The notes under the pieces were generated by a model. The model did not search any database, was not told the DNA's origin, and worked only from the letters and a program-made list of their open reading frames with translations. Made by a program: the position numbers and the translations under genes. From an uncultured Bacilli bacterium (GTDB lineage Bacteria > Bacillota_I > Bacilli_A > RF39 > UBA660), in the NCBI GenBank assembly GCA_934130405.1, contig CAKOXX010000005.1, positions 369 to 64,368 on the forward strand: DNA of 64,000 nucleotides. Reading direction: 5' to 3'. The stretch's first letter is position 1. Each line of letters begins with the position of its first letter. Positions 9,979-20,507 of this stretch are shown here, one piece after another.

Positions 9979-11391
9979 ATGGGAAAAAATATGGAAATTA
10001 ATTGGTGGCAACAGAACAAAGGAAAAATTTGTCTTGTATTTCTAATTATGTTAGTATTTATTTTACTTGTCTTTTTTCTATTGGTACCAAGAATTACTTT
10101 AAAGGGAAAATCAACTATCATAGTAAATAGAAATGGTGAATATAAAGAACCAGGTTACCGAGCAAGTTACTTATTTGATAGTTTAACTGATAAAGTAAAA
10201 GTATCAGGAAACGTTAACAGTAAGAAGGATGGTGTTTACTACATTACATATAAAGTAAAAGGACCAATCATTACTATAAGCACTAAAAGAAAAGTAGAAG
10301 TTAAAGACATCGAACCTCCTGTTATAACACTAGAAGGTGGAGCAGATGTTTTTATCTGTCCTAATAGTAAATATGAAGAGTTAGGTTATAAAGCTAGTGA
10401 TAATGTAGATGGCAATTTAACTAAAAGAGTAGAAATATCTAGAAAAGATAATATAATTACTTATAAAGTAAAAGATAAAGCAGGAAATGAAACGAAAAAG
10501 ATGAGAAAAATCAGTGAAGGAGATAAAACACCTCCTGTCTTGACTCTTAATGGTGGAGATATTGTCTTCTCTTATCTTGGTGAGCCTTATGTTGAACCAG
10601 GTTATAAAGCAATTGATAACTGTGACCAAGATATCACAGGGATGGTCATAACTAGTGGAAGTGTTGATCAAAACAATCCAAACGATCAAATAATAACCTA
10701 TACGATAGAAGATAAAGCACACAATAAAACTGAAGCTAAAAGAACTATTAAAATGGTTAGAAAAGACCATGCTGGAACAATTTACTTAACCTTTGATGAT
10801 GGACCAAATGCTGGTACTACCAATGTTATCTTAGATATCCTAAAAGAAGAGAATGTCAAAGCTACTTTCTTTGTAACCGGCAAAGGCCCAGATGAACTTA
10901 TTAAAAGAGAATATGATGAAGGACATACTGTTGCACTACATACTTTTTCTCATAGTTATCCAGTAGTTTATCAATCTGTAAATGCTTATTTTGATGATTT
11001 AGCAAAAGTTCACGATAGAGTAAAAAGAATAACTGGTTATGACAGTAGAATAATTAGATTCCCTGGTGGAAGTAGTAACACAGTTAGTAGGCACTATCAA
11101 GAAGGAATAATGTCTATCTTAACTAACCAAGTCATAGAAAAGGGTTACTACTATTATGACTGGAATATTTCTAGTGGTGATGCTGGCGAATATAGAGATT
11201 CAGAAAGTATTTACAAGCAAGTAACAAGAAGTTTATCAAAAGATAGAACCAACATGGTTTTAATGCATGATATTAAACCTTATACAAGGGATGCTTTAAG
11301 AAGTATCATAAAATATGGTAAAGAACATGGCTATCACTTTGATAAAATAACACCAGGAACAAAAATGGTAAGACAAAGGGTTAATAATTAG
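9979..11391 (+). CDS. Polysaccharide deacetylase (NodB/CE4 domain) with three N-terminal Ig-like (DUF5011-type) repeats
   Basis: 470 aa with an N-terminal TM. The GYKAxDNxDxxxT-type repeat occurs three times. The C-terminal NodB motifs are YLTFDDGPN and HTFSH. Confidence 0.8.
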   Translation: MGKNMEINWWQQNKGKICLVFLIMLVFILLVFFLLVPRITLKGKSTIIVNRNGEYKEPGYRASYLFDSLTDKVKVSGNVNSKKDGVYYITYKVKGPIITISTKRKVEVKDIEPPVITLEGGADVFICPNSKYEELGYKASDNVDGNLTKRVEISRKDNIITYKVKDKAGNETKKMRKISEGDKTPPVLTLNGGDIVFSYLGEPYVEPGYKAIDNCDQDITGMVITSGSVDQNNPNDQIITYTIEDKAHNKTEAKRTIKMVRKDHAGTIYLTFDDGPNAGTTNVILDILKEENVKATFFVTGKGPDELIKREYDEGHTVALHTFSHSYPVVYQSVNAYFDDLAKVHDRVKRITGYDSRIIRFPGGSSNTVSRHYQEGIMSILTNQVIEKGYYYYDWNISSGDAGEYRDSESIYKQVTRSLSKDRTNMVLMHDIKPYTRDALRSIIKYGKEHGYHFDKITPGTKMVRQRVNN

Positions 11392-11401
11392 AGGAGGTAA
11401 T

Positions 11402-11926
11402 ATGCCTAAATATTATATACCAAGTATGTATCTAAAAGATATTTATCAAATACCTGTTAAAACTTTAAAACAAAAGGGAGTGAAGGCATTAGTCTTTGAC
11501 CTTGATAACACTATAGCAAGGACAGATGAAAAAATTCCTAATTCTAAAGTAATTAACTATTTTGAAACACTAAAGAAAGATTTTACACTTTTTATTCTTT
11601 CTAATAGTCCAAGTAAAAGGGTTAAACCATTTGGTGATAAGTTAGGAATTAAATATTATTCTTTATCTTTAAAACCAAATACACAAAATATGAAAAGACT
11701 TTTAAAAGAAAATAACCTTAATAAAGAAGATATTATTCTAATTGGTGATCAGTATATGACTGATATGTTACTAGCAAAAAAACTAAAACTTAACACTATA
11801 TTAGTAGATCCAATATCTAATAATGAATTTAAAATAACTAGTATTAATAGATTTTTAGAGAAGAAAATTCTAAAGAAATTAAAAGAGGAAAAACTGTTAG
11901 AGAAAGGAAAATATTATTATGAATGA
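11402..11926 (+). CDS. yqeG: YqeG-family HAD phosphatase
   Basis: 174 aa with HAD motif I (FDLDNTI) and motif IV (IGDQYMTD). It lies immediately upstream of yqeH, as in Bacillus. Confidence 0.8.
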   Translation: MPKYYIPSMYLKDIYQIPVKTLKQKGVKALVFDLDNTIARTDEKIPNSKVINYFETLKKDFTLFILSNSPSKRVKPFGDKLGIKYYSLSLKPNTQNMKRLLKENNLNKEDIILIGDQYMTDMLLAKKLKLNTILVDPISNNEFKITSINRFLEKKILKKLKEEKLLEKGKYYYE

Positions 11927-12923
11927 AGAAAAATGTTGTAAAGGATGTGGCATTAAGCTGCAAGATGAAAATGTTTTACAAGAAGGTTATACCGTTAGTT
12001 TAGAACAAGATTACTGTCAAAGATGTTTCAGAATAAAGAACTATGGTGATTATCAAGTAGTTACTAAAAGTAATGATGAATATATTGATATTTTAAAACA
12101 AGTCGGTGAAACAAAAGACTTAGTTCTATATATAGCAGACTTACTAAACTTAGAAGAAAATTTTGAAGAAATCAGAAAATATATTCCTAATAAGATGATT
12201 TTAGTTTTAAATAAAAAAGATGTTTTACCAAAGTCAGTTAAAGAAGAAAAGATAATTAATTATTTTAATAATATGGAAGTGCCATTTGAAAAGGTAATTG
12301 TAATTAGTGTAGAGAAAAACAAGAACATTGACTATTTATTAAAACAGATTAAACTATATCAAACTAGTAAAGATGTATATGTAGTAGGTCATACTAATGC
12401 CGGAAAAAGTACTTTAATAAACAAACTTATTTCTAACTATTCTGATAATAATGAAGAATTAACAATCTCTCCCTTACCAGCTACTACTTTAAGTACAGTT
12501 AAGATTGAACTTAATGATTATTTAACTTTAATAGATACTCCTGGTTTAGTTGATAATGGCAGTATCGTTAATGTTGTTGATAAAACAGTCCTTAAGAAAA
12601 TAAGTCCCCGTAAAGAAATTAAACCAAAGACTTATCAAATCAAAAAAGGACAAAGTATCTTAGTAGATGACTTACTTCGTATTGATTATGTTGAAGGTGA
12701 GAAGAATAGCTTTACTTTCTATATGTCAAATGATTTAAAAATAAGAAAAATAGCAAGTCGGAGAATGGACTTGAAAGAAATGGGAAAAACAACACATCAG
12801 ATGAAATTTGATGAAGACTTATGTATCAATGGTTTAGGTTTTATCAAAATGGTTAATCAAGGAACAGTAGATATTTATACTTACCCAAATGTTACAAGTT
12901 ATACTAGAAAAAATTTAATATAA
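11919..12923 (+). CDS. yqeH: Ribosome biogenesis GTPase YqeH
   Basis: 334 aa with an N-terminal Cys4 element (CKGCGIKLQ...CQRCFR). The G motifs are circularly permuted: NKKD comes before GHTNAGKST and DTPG. Confidence 0.85.
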   Translation: MNEEKCCKGCGIKLQDENVLQEGYTVSLEQDYCQRCFRIKNYGDYQVVTKSNDEYIDILKQVGETKDLVLYIADLLNLEENFEEIRKYIPNKMILVLNKKDVLPKSVKEEKIINYFNNMEVPFEKVIVISVEKNKNIDYLLKQIKLYQTSKDVYVVGHTNAGKSTLINKLISNYSDNNEELTISPLPATTLSTVKIELNDYLTLIDTPGLVDNGSIVNVVDKTVLKKISPRKEIKPKTYQIKKGQSILVDDLLRIDYVEGEKNSFTFYMSNDLKIRKIASRRMDLKEMGKTTHQMKFDEDLCINGLGFIKMVNQGTVDIYTYPNVTSYTRKNLI

Positions 12924-12930
12924 GAGGAAG

Positions 12931-14679
12931 GTGAAAATAATGAATCAACAAGATATCATAAGAGAAATTAGACAAAAAAATGATATAGTTGATATCATTA
13001 GTGAAAAAATTCCTCTTGTTGCTCGTGGTAAAAATTACTTTGGTGTCTGTCCGTTCCACGATGATACTAATCCTTCAATGAGTGTTTCTAGAGAAAAGCA
13101 AATTTATACTTGCTTTTCTTGTCATGCTACTGGTAATGTTTTTAACTTTCTAATGGATTATGAACATAAAGAATTTAGAGAAGTCTTAAAAGAATTAGCT
13201 GATAGAGTAGGAATACCACTTGCAGGTTATCACGAGACAAAAAAAACAACCAAGTACGATGCCTGGTATGATATTTATAATCTAGCATTAAAATATTACC
13301 AAAACAACTTGATGAGTGGTATGGGTAAAGATGCTAGAAATTATTTGGAAAATAGAAGTATCGATGAAGAAATTATTAAAAAATTTGAACTGGGTTGGTC
13401 CCTAGATGATAACAACTTAACTAATCTTTTAATGAAGAAAGGTTATACAATAGATTTACTTAACCAAGTCGGACTAAGTACTGGTAATAATGATTTATAT
13501 CGAAATAGATTAATGTTTCCTTTGCACGATTTGAATGGTCGTGTAATAGGTTTTAGTGGACGAATTATTACTAATAGCAAACAAAATAAATATTTAAACA
13601 CCAAAGAAACCGAATTATTTAAAAAAGGGAAACTACTTTATCATTATCATATTGCTAAAGAAGCAGTCAGAATTAGTAAAAATGTTATTATTATGGAAGG
13701 ATTTATGGATATAATAAGAGCTAGTATCTATGGCTTTGATAATACAATTGCAACTATGGGAACTGCTCTTACTAAAGACCATATCAGTAATATCAAAAGA
13801 TTATCTCCTAATATAATTCTTTGCTTTGATGGAGATGAAGCTGGTCAAAAAGCGACCATGGCCGCTGGTAACTTATTTGGAGAAGCCGGTATCGAAGTTA
13901 AAGTAATAGAACTTCCCCTTGAAGATGATCCTGATAGCTTTTTACTTTCTAGAGGAAAAGACGCTTTTGCTAGCTTAATTAATAGTGCAATCTTCTTTAA
14001 AGACTATAAGATAAAACGTTTAAAAAATAAAGTAAACTTTGCTAGCAGTGAAGAAAAAGCTGATTATATTCATAAAGTCTTAGAAGAAACAAAAGAGATA
14101 GATGACCAGATAAGAATAGAAATAATATTAAAAGACCTTGCAAAAAACTTCGAAATAGGTTATAATACCTTGGAAAAAAGTTTTCAAGAATTAAAAGGCC
14201 AAAAAGAAATAACAACTTTTAAAATTGTGGAAACAAAAGCACCCACTGAAAGATTAGATAAGTATCAAAAAGCTAGCTATGCACTCCTTTCTTATATGAT
14301 TGATTTACCTTGGGTTATAGATGATGTTGAAGAAGCGCATCTTGTTTTTCCAAATAGTAAATTGCGCTTATTAGAAAATGAAATAGTAGCTTATTATAGA
14401 ACAAATGGCTTTATAAACTGGGCAGACTTTTACACTTATCTTGGAACAAATGAAGAATTATTGAAACTCTTATCAGAAATCGGTTCATATCCATTGAAGA
14501 AGGAAGTAAGCAAGGAAGAAATTTCTAGTTATGAAAGTGTTATTCTAGATTATAGTAGAAAACAACAAATCAAAAGATTAAATAAGAAATTACTTGATAC
14601 AACTGATCCACTGGAACAAGCAAGAATAGCTGAAGAGATAAGAAAATTGAGAATTGGGGAGAAGCAAAATGGTAAATGA
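12931..14679 (+). CDS. dnaG: DNA primase
   Basis: The zinc-binding region is [13 protein letters not shown]...[13 protein letters not shown], and the TOPRIM motifs are EGFMDII and [10 protein letters not shown]. The real start may be ATG 12940. Confidence 0.95.
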   Translation: MKIMNQQDIIREIRQKNDIVDIISEKIPLVARGKNYFGVCPFHDDTNPSMSVSREKQIYTCFSCHATGNVFNFLMDYEHKEFREVLKELADRVGIPLAGYHETKKTTKYDAWYDIYNLALKYYQNNLMSGMGKDARNYLENRSIDEEIIKKFELGWSLDDNNLTNLLMKKGYTIDLLNQVGLSTGNNDLYRNRLMFPLHDLNGRVIGFSGRIITNSKQNKYLNTKETELFKKGKLLYHYHIAKEAVRISKNVIIMEGFMDIIRASIYGFDNTIATMGTALTKDHISNIKRLSPNIILCFDGDEAGQKATMAAGNLFGEAGIEVKVIELPLEDDPDSFLLSRGKDAFASLINSAIFFKDYKIKRLKNKVNFASSEEKADYIHKVLEETKEIDDQIRIEIILKDLAKNFEIGYNTLEKSFQELKGQKEITTFKIVETKAPTERLDKYQKASYALLSYMIDLPWVIDDVEEAHLVFPNSKLRLLENEIVAYYRTNGFINWADFYTYLGTNEELLKLLSEIGSYPLKKEVSKEEISSYESVILDYSRKQQIKRLNKKLLDTTDPLEQARIAEEIRKLRIGEKQNGK

Positions 14680-15763
14680 AATTAAAACTATTGAACAAAG
14701 AAAAGAAAATCTAATCAAAAAAGGTAGTGAAAATGGTTACATTACTTATGAAGAAATGGCCAATGAACTAAAGGGTTTAGAACTAGATAGTGATAGTCTT
14801 GATGATTTATATAATAGTTTAGTAGATGCAGGTATTGAAATAGTTAGTGAAGATGCTAATGATGAAGAAGCTAGTGGCGAAGAAATAACTGATAATACTT
14901 TAGTTGAAAATATTACTCTTTCTAAGGACATTAAGATTAATGACCCAGTTAGAATGTATTTAAAAGAAATTGGTCGTATTCCATTGCTTACTTCTGATGA
15001 AGAATTTGAATATGCAAGACGTGCTGTAGATGGTGATGAAGAAGCTAAAAGAATCTTAGCTGAATCTAACCTACGTCTTGTTGTATCAATTGCTAAACGT
15101 TATGTCGGAAGAGGAATGCTTTTCCTTGACCTTATCCAAGAAGGTAATATTGGTCTTATGAAAGCAGTTGATAAGTTTGATCCAGAGAAAGGATATAAAT
15201 TTTCAACTTATGCTACTTGGTGGATTAGACAAGCTATTACTAGAGCTTTAGCTGATCAAGCAAGAACTATTCGTGTTCCTGTTCATATGGTTGAAACTAT
15301 TAATAAGTTAGCACGTGTTCAACGTCAATTAACACAAGACTTAAATAGAGAACCAACTGATGAAGAAATTGCCAAAAAATTAGGAATCTCTGTTGATAAA
15401 GTAAGAGAAGTTTATAAGATAAGTCAAGACCCTGTCTCACTTGAAACACCAATCGGTGAAGAAGATGATTCTCATTTAGGTGATTTTATAAGAGATGAAC
15501 GTACTGTTAGTCCTGAAGAATATGCAACAGAAGAATTATTAAAAGAAGAACTAGCAGGTGTTTTACTTACCTTAACTGATCGTGAAGAAAAAGTATTAAG
15601 ACTTCGTTTTGGTCTAGATGATGGACAATGTAGAACTCTAGAAGAAGTAGGGCAAATCTTCGGTGTTACTAGAGAAAGAATTAGACAAATAGAAGCCAAA
15701 GCTTTAAGAAAACTAAGACACCCATCTCGCTCTAGAAAATTAAAGGACTTTTTAACTGACTAA
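14669..15763 (+). CDS. sigA: Primary RNA polymerase sigma factor SigA/RpoD
   Basis: The protein has an acidic region 1.1. Region 2 reads [18 protein letters not shown]...[16 protein letters not shown], and region 4.2 reads [31 protein letters not shown] chose ATG 14669, after GGGGAGAAG; it overlaps the dnaG stop. Confidence 0.95.
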   Translation: MVNEIKTIEQRKENLIKKGSENGYITYEEMANELKGLELDSDSLDDLYNSLVDAGIEIVSEDANDEEASGEEITDNTLVENITLSKDIKINDPVRMYLKEIGRIPLLTSDEEFEYARRAVDGDEEAKRILAESNLRLVVSIAKRYVGRGMLFLDLIQEGNIGLMKAVDKFDPEKGYKFSTYATWWIRQAITRALADQARTIRVPVHMVETINKLARVQRQLTQDLNREPTDEEIAKKLGISVDKVREVYKISQDPVSLETPIGEEDDSHLGDFIRDERTVSPEEYATEELLKEELAGVLLTLTDREEKVLRLRFGLDDGQCRTLEEVGQIFGVTRERIRQIEAKALRKLRHPSRSRKLKDFLTD

Positions 15764-16419
15764 TGAAGATAAATAAACGTTTAAAACTAGTTGGTGATTA
15801 TATTAGTGAGGAAAGCATTCCTCTTGATGTTGGATGTGATCACGCCAAGTTATCCATCTATTTGTTAAAAGAGCGAAACTTTCCTTTTGTTTATGCTTCT
15901 GATAATAAAGAAGGACCTTTAAATCAAGCTAAAGAAAACATATCATTTTATAATCTTGTAGATAGAATAAAACTATCAAAGAAAGAAGGCTTAGCTTCTC
16001 TTGAAGATAATATTGATACTATCACTATTACTGGAATGGGTGGACTTACTATTTGTAAGATATTCAAAGAAAATGAAAAAAGTCTTGCAAATATTAAAAG
16101 TATTATTTTATCACCTAATAACTTTATTAAAGAAGTTAGAGAAACTATTTGTTCTTTAGGGTATTACATTGATGAAGAAACATTAGTAGTAGAAAATGCA
16201 AAAACTTATCATATTTTAGTATTTGCTAGAGGAAAGAAAAATTATTCTTTAAAAGAATTATCTCTTGGACCAATACTTATGTTAAAAAAAGATAAACTAG
16301 TAAAAGACTATTATCATAATAAATTAAGAGAAGTAAATAGTTTACTTCAAAAAAATATAACAGAAGAAAAACATAAAGAATTAGAATTACTAAAGGAATA
16401 TTTGGAAGAAACTTGCTAA
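15763..16419 (+). CDS. trmK: tRNA (adenine22-N1)-methyltransferase TrmK (YqfN family)
   Basis: 218 aa. The N-terminus KRLKLVGDYI...DVGCDHAKLSIYL and the motif ITGMGG fit the family, as does the conserved position after sigA. Confidence 0.8.
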   Translation: MKINKRLKLVGDYISEESIPLDVGCDHAKLSIYLLKERNFPFVYASDNKEGPLNQAKENISFYNLVDRIKLSKKEGLASLEDNIDTITITGMGGLTICKIFKENEKSLANIKSIILSPNNFIKEVRETICSLGYYIDEETLVVENAKTYHILVFARGKKNYSLKELSLGPILMLKKDKLVKDYYHNKLREVNSLLQKNITEEKHKELELLKEYLEETC

Positions 16420-16441
16420 ATATTCCTTTTTTTGGTATAAT
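16413..16441 (+). promoter_or_regulatory. Sigma-A-type promoter of giant sigma paralog 1
   Basis: TTGCTA (16413-16418), a 17-nt spacer, then TATAAT (16436-16441). The stretch from the -10 box through the SD is nearly identical to 20531-20558. Confidence 0.6.
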
Positions 16442-16471
16442 ATGTAAGAAATTTTGAGGGGGTAAAAGATT

Positions 16472-18532
16472 GTGAGATTAAATAGTGAAAAAATTAAAAA
16501 AATGTCAATGGACAAATTAGCAGAATTATTAGCAAAAGATATGAAAAAAGTGGGTGATACTTACTCGTTTGCATTTTCTTCAAAAGAAGATGCTATCAAA
16601 TTAATGAATAATCAGTTATTAAAGAAATATTCGGAAATAACTAATAGTACCGTAGATGAAGAGATTGATTTTCAAGATGAGTTTAAAACTACAATAACTG
16701 ACTATATTAAAAGTACTTTTGAAACAGAGAATGAAAGATATTTACAAATATTTAATAATTATCTAAAACAAAACGTTGGAGAAATTGATTCTTATAAAAC
16801 AGCACATCAAGCACTTAAAAAAGTTACAGATTTATTTACAACAATAGATTATGTACCAAGTGAAATCACTTGTTCTAGTTTATTAGAAGCTAATTCAAAA
16901 ACAACTACTATGATTAAAGAAGTATTTAAAAAGTTTGAAAAACAACTTTCTAAATCACCAGTTGAAGATGTATTTCCTAGCGAAGTAGTAGCATCATTTG
17001 TAACGGCATATGCTTATCTTAATAATATAGAATTAAAAACTAATGAAGATTTAGTTATGGAGGAAACTGATGATAACTTAGAGAACAACGAATTTTTTAA
17101 TAAGTTGAAATCTTATTATAGTTCTCTACCACCAGTTTTAACTAAAAAAGAAGAACAAGAATTATTAGAAAAAAGTAAAAATGGGGATAAACTTGCTCGT
17201 AATCAATTAGTTGAAAGAAATTTGAGATTAGTAATATCAATTGCTAAACGCTATAAAGATAAAAAAATTGAGGTTGTTGATTTAGTTCAAGACGGAAGTA
17301 TCGGCTTAATTAATGCAATTGAGAGATTTGACTTTACTAAACAAACTAAATTTTCAACATATGCTTGCTGGTGGATTGTAAGAGAAATTAATAGAGATAT
17401 TGTTAATAACGGTAGAACAGTGAGAGTACCACTTCATATGCAAGAAAAAGCTAAAAAGTATAATAAAGATTATAAGAAAATGGTAAGCAAATTAAATAGA
17501 TATCCTACTGATGCTGAAATTCAAAAAGAATTAAGAATTTCTGATAAAAGTATGCAACAAATCAAAGCTGTTAACTCTGAAATTGCTAGTTTAGATGAAT
17601 CAATAAAAGAAGATAGTGATGATACTCTTGCTGAATTTTTAGCATCAAATGAATTAAGTGTAGAAGAGCAATATGAACTAAAAGCTTTACACGCTGACCT
17701 TGAAAAAGTCTTCACTAGTGGAGTTTTATCAGAACGTGAAGTTGAAATATTAAAACTTAGAAATGGCTACTATGGAGAAATTTACACTCTACGAAGTGTT
17801 TCAGAACAACTTGGTGTTTCGCACGCAAGAGTAGGGCAAATAGAGGAAGCCGCTTTACAGAAAATATTCCGTTCAAAATATAAAAAATCTTTAGCTCAAT
17901 ATTTAACAAATGGTGAAGATATAACTGTAAGAGGGGAAAAAGTATTTGGTCATGATAGAAAACCTAAAGCTCAAAAAATTAGTTTAGAAAAACAAATGAG
18001 TATTAAATATGTATACAACTATTTTGAAGGCTATAATAAAGAAGAAATAGCAACAGCTATTAAGTCAACCTTATCAAATGATGAATTAGCATTACTTTCT
18101 AAATTCTATGGTAATGACTTGGTTAACTTAACATATAATAATACTTCATCAACTAGTCTTAGAGAAAAATTACGTACCGAGATTCTTCCAGTAATTCAAA
18201 AAGAATTAGCTGATAATTCGATAGCCGTTTTAAACTATGAAAGACGTCAAAATAATGTAGCTACTGATTATACACAAATTCTAAATCAAGAGATAAATAA
18301 AAAATCTGCTGCTAATGAAACAGAATATTTAAGTGATAGAAAAATAGATAAATATTTATCAGCAACTTTAGTAGAAGATGGTGCTGAAGATTTAGCTAAT
18401 AGAGTTCATAATATTACAACTAAAAACCTAGCCAGTTATTGTAAACAATTATTATCAGGAAGCAAGATAGAAAAAAGAGAATATCAACAAGAGCAAAAAG
18501 TTTTAGTTAAGACTATGAGTAAAAGTAATTAA
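16472..18532 (+). CDS. Giant sigma-70-family protein, paralog 1 (686 aa): novel N-terminal domain, sigma regions 1.2-4.2, and a ~215-aa C-terminal extension
   Basis: The core spans aa ~222-468: NLRLVISIAKRY, DLVQDGSIGLINAIERFD, FSTYACWWIVREI, RTVRVPLHM and LGVSHARVGQIEEAALQKI. The flanking domains are shared only with the two paralogs downstream. GTG start after GAGGGGG. Confidence 0.8.
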   Translation: MRLNSEKIKKMSMDKLAELLAKDMKKVGDTYSFAFSSKEDAIKLMNNQLLKKYSEITNSTVDEEIDFQDEFKTTITDYIKSTFETENERYLQIFNNYLKQNVGEIDSYKTAHQALKKVTDLFTTIDYVPSEITCSSLLEANSKTTTMIKEVFKKFEKQLSKSPVEDVFPSEVVASFVTAYAYLNNIELKTNEDLVMEETDDNLENNEFFNKLKSYYSSLPPVLTKKEEQELLEKSKNGDKLARNQLVERNLRLVISIAKRYKDKKIEVVDLVQDGSIGLINAIERFDFTKQTKFSTYACWWIVREINRDIVNNGRTVRVPLHMQEKAKKYNKDYKKMVSKLNRYPTDAEIQKELRISDKSMQQIKAVNSEIASLDESIKEDSDDTLAEFLASNELSVEEQYELKALHADLEKVFTSGVLSEREVEILKLRNGYYGEIYTLRSVSEQLGVSHARVGQIEEAALQKIFRSKYKKSLAQYLTNGEDITVRGEKVFGHDRKPKAQKISLEKQMSIKYVYNYFEGYNKEEIATAIKSTLSNDELALLSKFYGNDLVNLTYNNTSSTSLREKLRTEILPVIQKELADNSIAVLNYERRQNNVATDYTQILNQEINKKSAANETEYLSDRKIDKYLSATLVEDGAEDLANRVHNITTKNLASYCKQLLSGSKIEKREYQQEQKVLVKTMSKSN

Positions 18533-18550
18533 AAAAGAAGAAAGGAGAAG

Positions 18551-20467
18551 TTGCTTATTATTATGATAAATAATATGAATAATAATATAAACACTTTAGA
18601 ACCTTTAGACAAACTTTCTCCAGATGAGACAACTTATGAACTATATTTAAGTAGAGATAATATGCTTGACTTACTTAAAGGAGATTGTAATGTCTTTTCT
18701 AGATTAGATATTGATATAAGAGATGATGAAGAATTTGTCATTGAAGCAATAAGAGGCAATCATCTTAATTATAACTATATTAGTGATAGATTACGTAATG
18801 ATTTGGATTTTACTATCAAATTAGTCAAGAAATTAGACTTTGGAGCAGTAATTAAATTATTTGATGAAAAATATAGAGATAACGAAGAAATTATGTTGAT
18901 TGGACTAAGCAAATGTATAGCAGCATATCGATTTTTATCACCAAGACTAAAAAATGATCCAGAGTTTAATGCGAGACTTGCTGTTATTCCTAAAACGGTA
19001 CTTGGTTATGATTACTTGCCAGCAAAAATGATTAAAAATAAAGAATTTCAAGAAAAATTAGAAGAGTTAAAAAGTCAAGAAAAAGGCCAAATAATAAAAC
19101 AAAATATTGCTCAAAACAAACAAGAATATTTACTAGAAGAACAAGAAAGAAAAATTAAAAAACGAGAAAATAAAACTTATAAAGTATTACTAAGTAGAAA
19201 TAACATATTAAATCTGTTAAATACTACTTATGGTTTTTCTCGTAGTGATATGGTAATAAGAGACAATGCTGAATTTGCTATGATAGCTATAGAAAGACGA
19301 TATACTAATTATGATTATATAAGCGATAGGTTACGCAATGATTTGGACTTTACACTAAAAGTAGTTCAAAGGATTGATTCTGGTATGGTAGCTAAATTTT
19401 TTGTTGATAAATATAAGGATAATGAAGAAATTATGTTTACTGTTTTAAGAAAAAGTCCACAAGCATATCGTTTTCTATCACCAAGATTAAAACAAAATCC
19501 CGAATATAATGCTAATCTTATAATTAATATAGGAATGAAATGTAGTAGATACTTATCAAATCAAGTAAAAACCAATCCAGTATTTATAGAAAAACTAAAA
19601 GATAATGGTTTTAGTGTAATTTATTATGAAAACTTAAAAAGAGCACAAGATATTAGCGAAAATCAAGAGGAAAGAAAATATTTAAAAATATGTAAAAAAT
19701 TTATAGAAACTAAATCGTCGACATCAACATTAACAGTTCAAAAATTTATAGAACAAGAAAAAATAAATATAAAAGATTTTAATTCTGCAATAGATTATAT
19801 ATCAAAAACTGATAAAGATGTATATACTTATATAAAAGGTATATTAAATTTAAATAGTCAAAAATATATACATACAAGAGAAAATGCAATTGCTCAGTTT
19901 ATTAACGATTTAAATAATGATATACAACTAACTAATGGAGAAATTAGAAAGTGTAATATTATCGATTTTTATAGATATTTTGGCAGATATGATTTAAAAC
20001 CTGATATGAGAGAATTTAAAAAATTTATAAATCGTCCGTTAGAACCAACCTTAGTTAGAAAATTAAATAAATTTTTTAGTGAAAACAAGGAAGGAAATCG
20101 TATAAACTATAAGCAAGAGTACGAAGGTGTACAATCTTTCTTAGTTAATGGAACACCAGTAGAAGCAACATTGGCACAAAAGAAAAGTGTAGCTAGTTTA
20201 ATGTTTAAAAATAATCTACCAAATGTTAGAAAAGTTTATACAATCTTATTAAGAAGTTGTGTAAAAGGAAGCCTTGAATCAGAATACGAATATTTACTAT
20301 CAAAATCAAATAAAGATACAGATGAGATTTTAGATGATAGTAAAAATGCAACTGAAGATGAACTTATAAGACGAATAACTGATAGGATGAAAGAAACTGA
20401 TACAAAAGAATGTATGAGAGAAAAAATATTTGTTAAAAGTAATACACTATGGGATGTAAATTATTAA
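18551..20467 (+). CDS. DUF4116-type repeat protein (about 634-638 aa depending on the start codon) with an internal ~110-aa duplication
   Basis: Two near-duplicate modules contain IRDDEEFVIEAI...YISDRLRNDLDFTIKLVKK...YRDNEEIM...AYRFLSPRLKNDPEFN and its second copy. This looks like the DUF4116 repeat pattern. The start may be ATG 18563. It is separated from paralog 1 by 18 nt. Confidence 0.65.
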   Translation: MLIIMINNMNNNINTLEPLDKLSPDETTYELYLSRDNMLDLLKGDCNVFSRLDIDIRDDEEFVIEAIRGNHLNYNYISDRLRNDLDFTIKLVKKLDFGAVIKLFDEKYRDNEEIMLIGLSKCIAAYRFLSPRLKNDPEFNARLAVIPKTVLGYDYLPAKMIKNKEFQEKLEELKSQEKGQIIKQNIAQNKQEYLLEEQERKIKKRENKTYKVLLSRNNILNLLNTTYGFSRSDMVIRDNAEFAMIAIERRYTNYDYISDRLRNDLDFTLKVVQRIDSGMVAKFFVDKYKDNEEIMFTVLRKSPQAYRFLSPRLKQNPEYNANLIINIGMKCSRYLSNQVKTNPVFIEKLKDNGFSVIYYENLKRAQDISENQEERKYLKICKKFIETKSSTSTLTVQKFIEQEKINIKDFNSAIDYISKTDKDVYTYIKGILNLNSQKYIHTRENAIAQFINDLNNDIQLTNGEIRKCNIIDFYRYFGRYDLKPDMREFKKFINRPLEPTLVRKLNKFFSENKEGNRINYKQEYEGVQSFLVNGTPVEATLAQKKSVASLMFKNNLPNVRKVYTILLRSCVKGSLESEYEYLLSKSNKDTDEILDDSKNATEDELIRRITDRMKETDTKECMREKIFVKSNTLWDVNY

Positions 20468-20507
20468 TCTACGTTCTTTTTTTGATTAGTTTTAGAACAA
20501 TTAAAAT

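Noticed and set aside
9768-10770. Antisense ORFs 9768-10121 (-) and 10417-10770 (-). The same class includes 14746-14931, 15472-15699, 17521-17715, 22481-22774, 27084-27377, 27520-27744, 28093-28296, 34410-34631, 39559-39846, 42029-42220, 43513-43746, 47991-48182, 48284-48508, 49487-49678, 52596-52811, 56441-56635 and 62226-62471.
   Set aside because: They are shadow ORFs opposite well-supported + strand genes with recognisable family motifs. They have hydrophobic or Ser-rich low-information translations and no RBS. Such ORFs are expected in AT-rich DNA, where the antisense frames lack stops.
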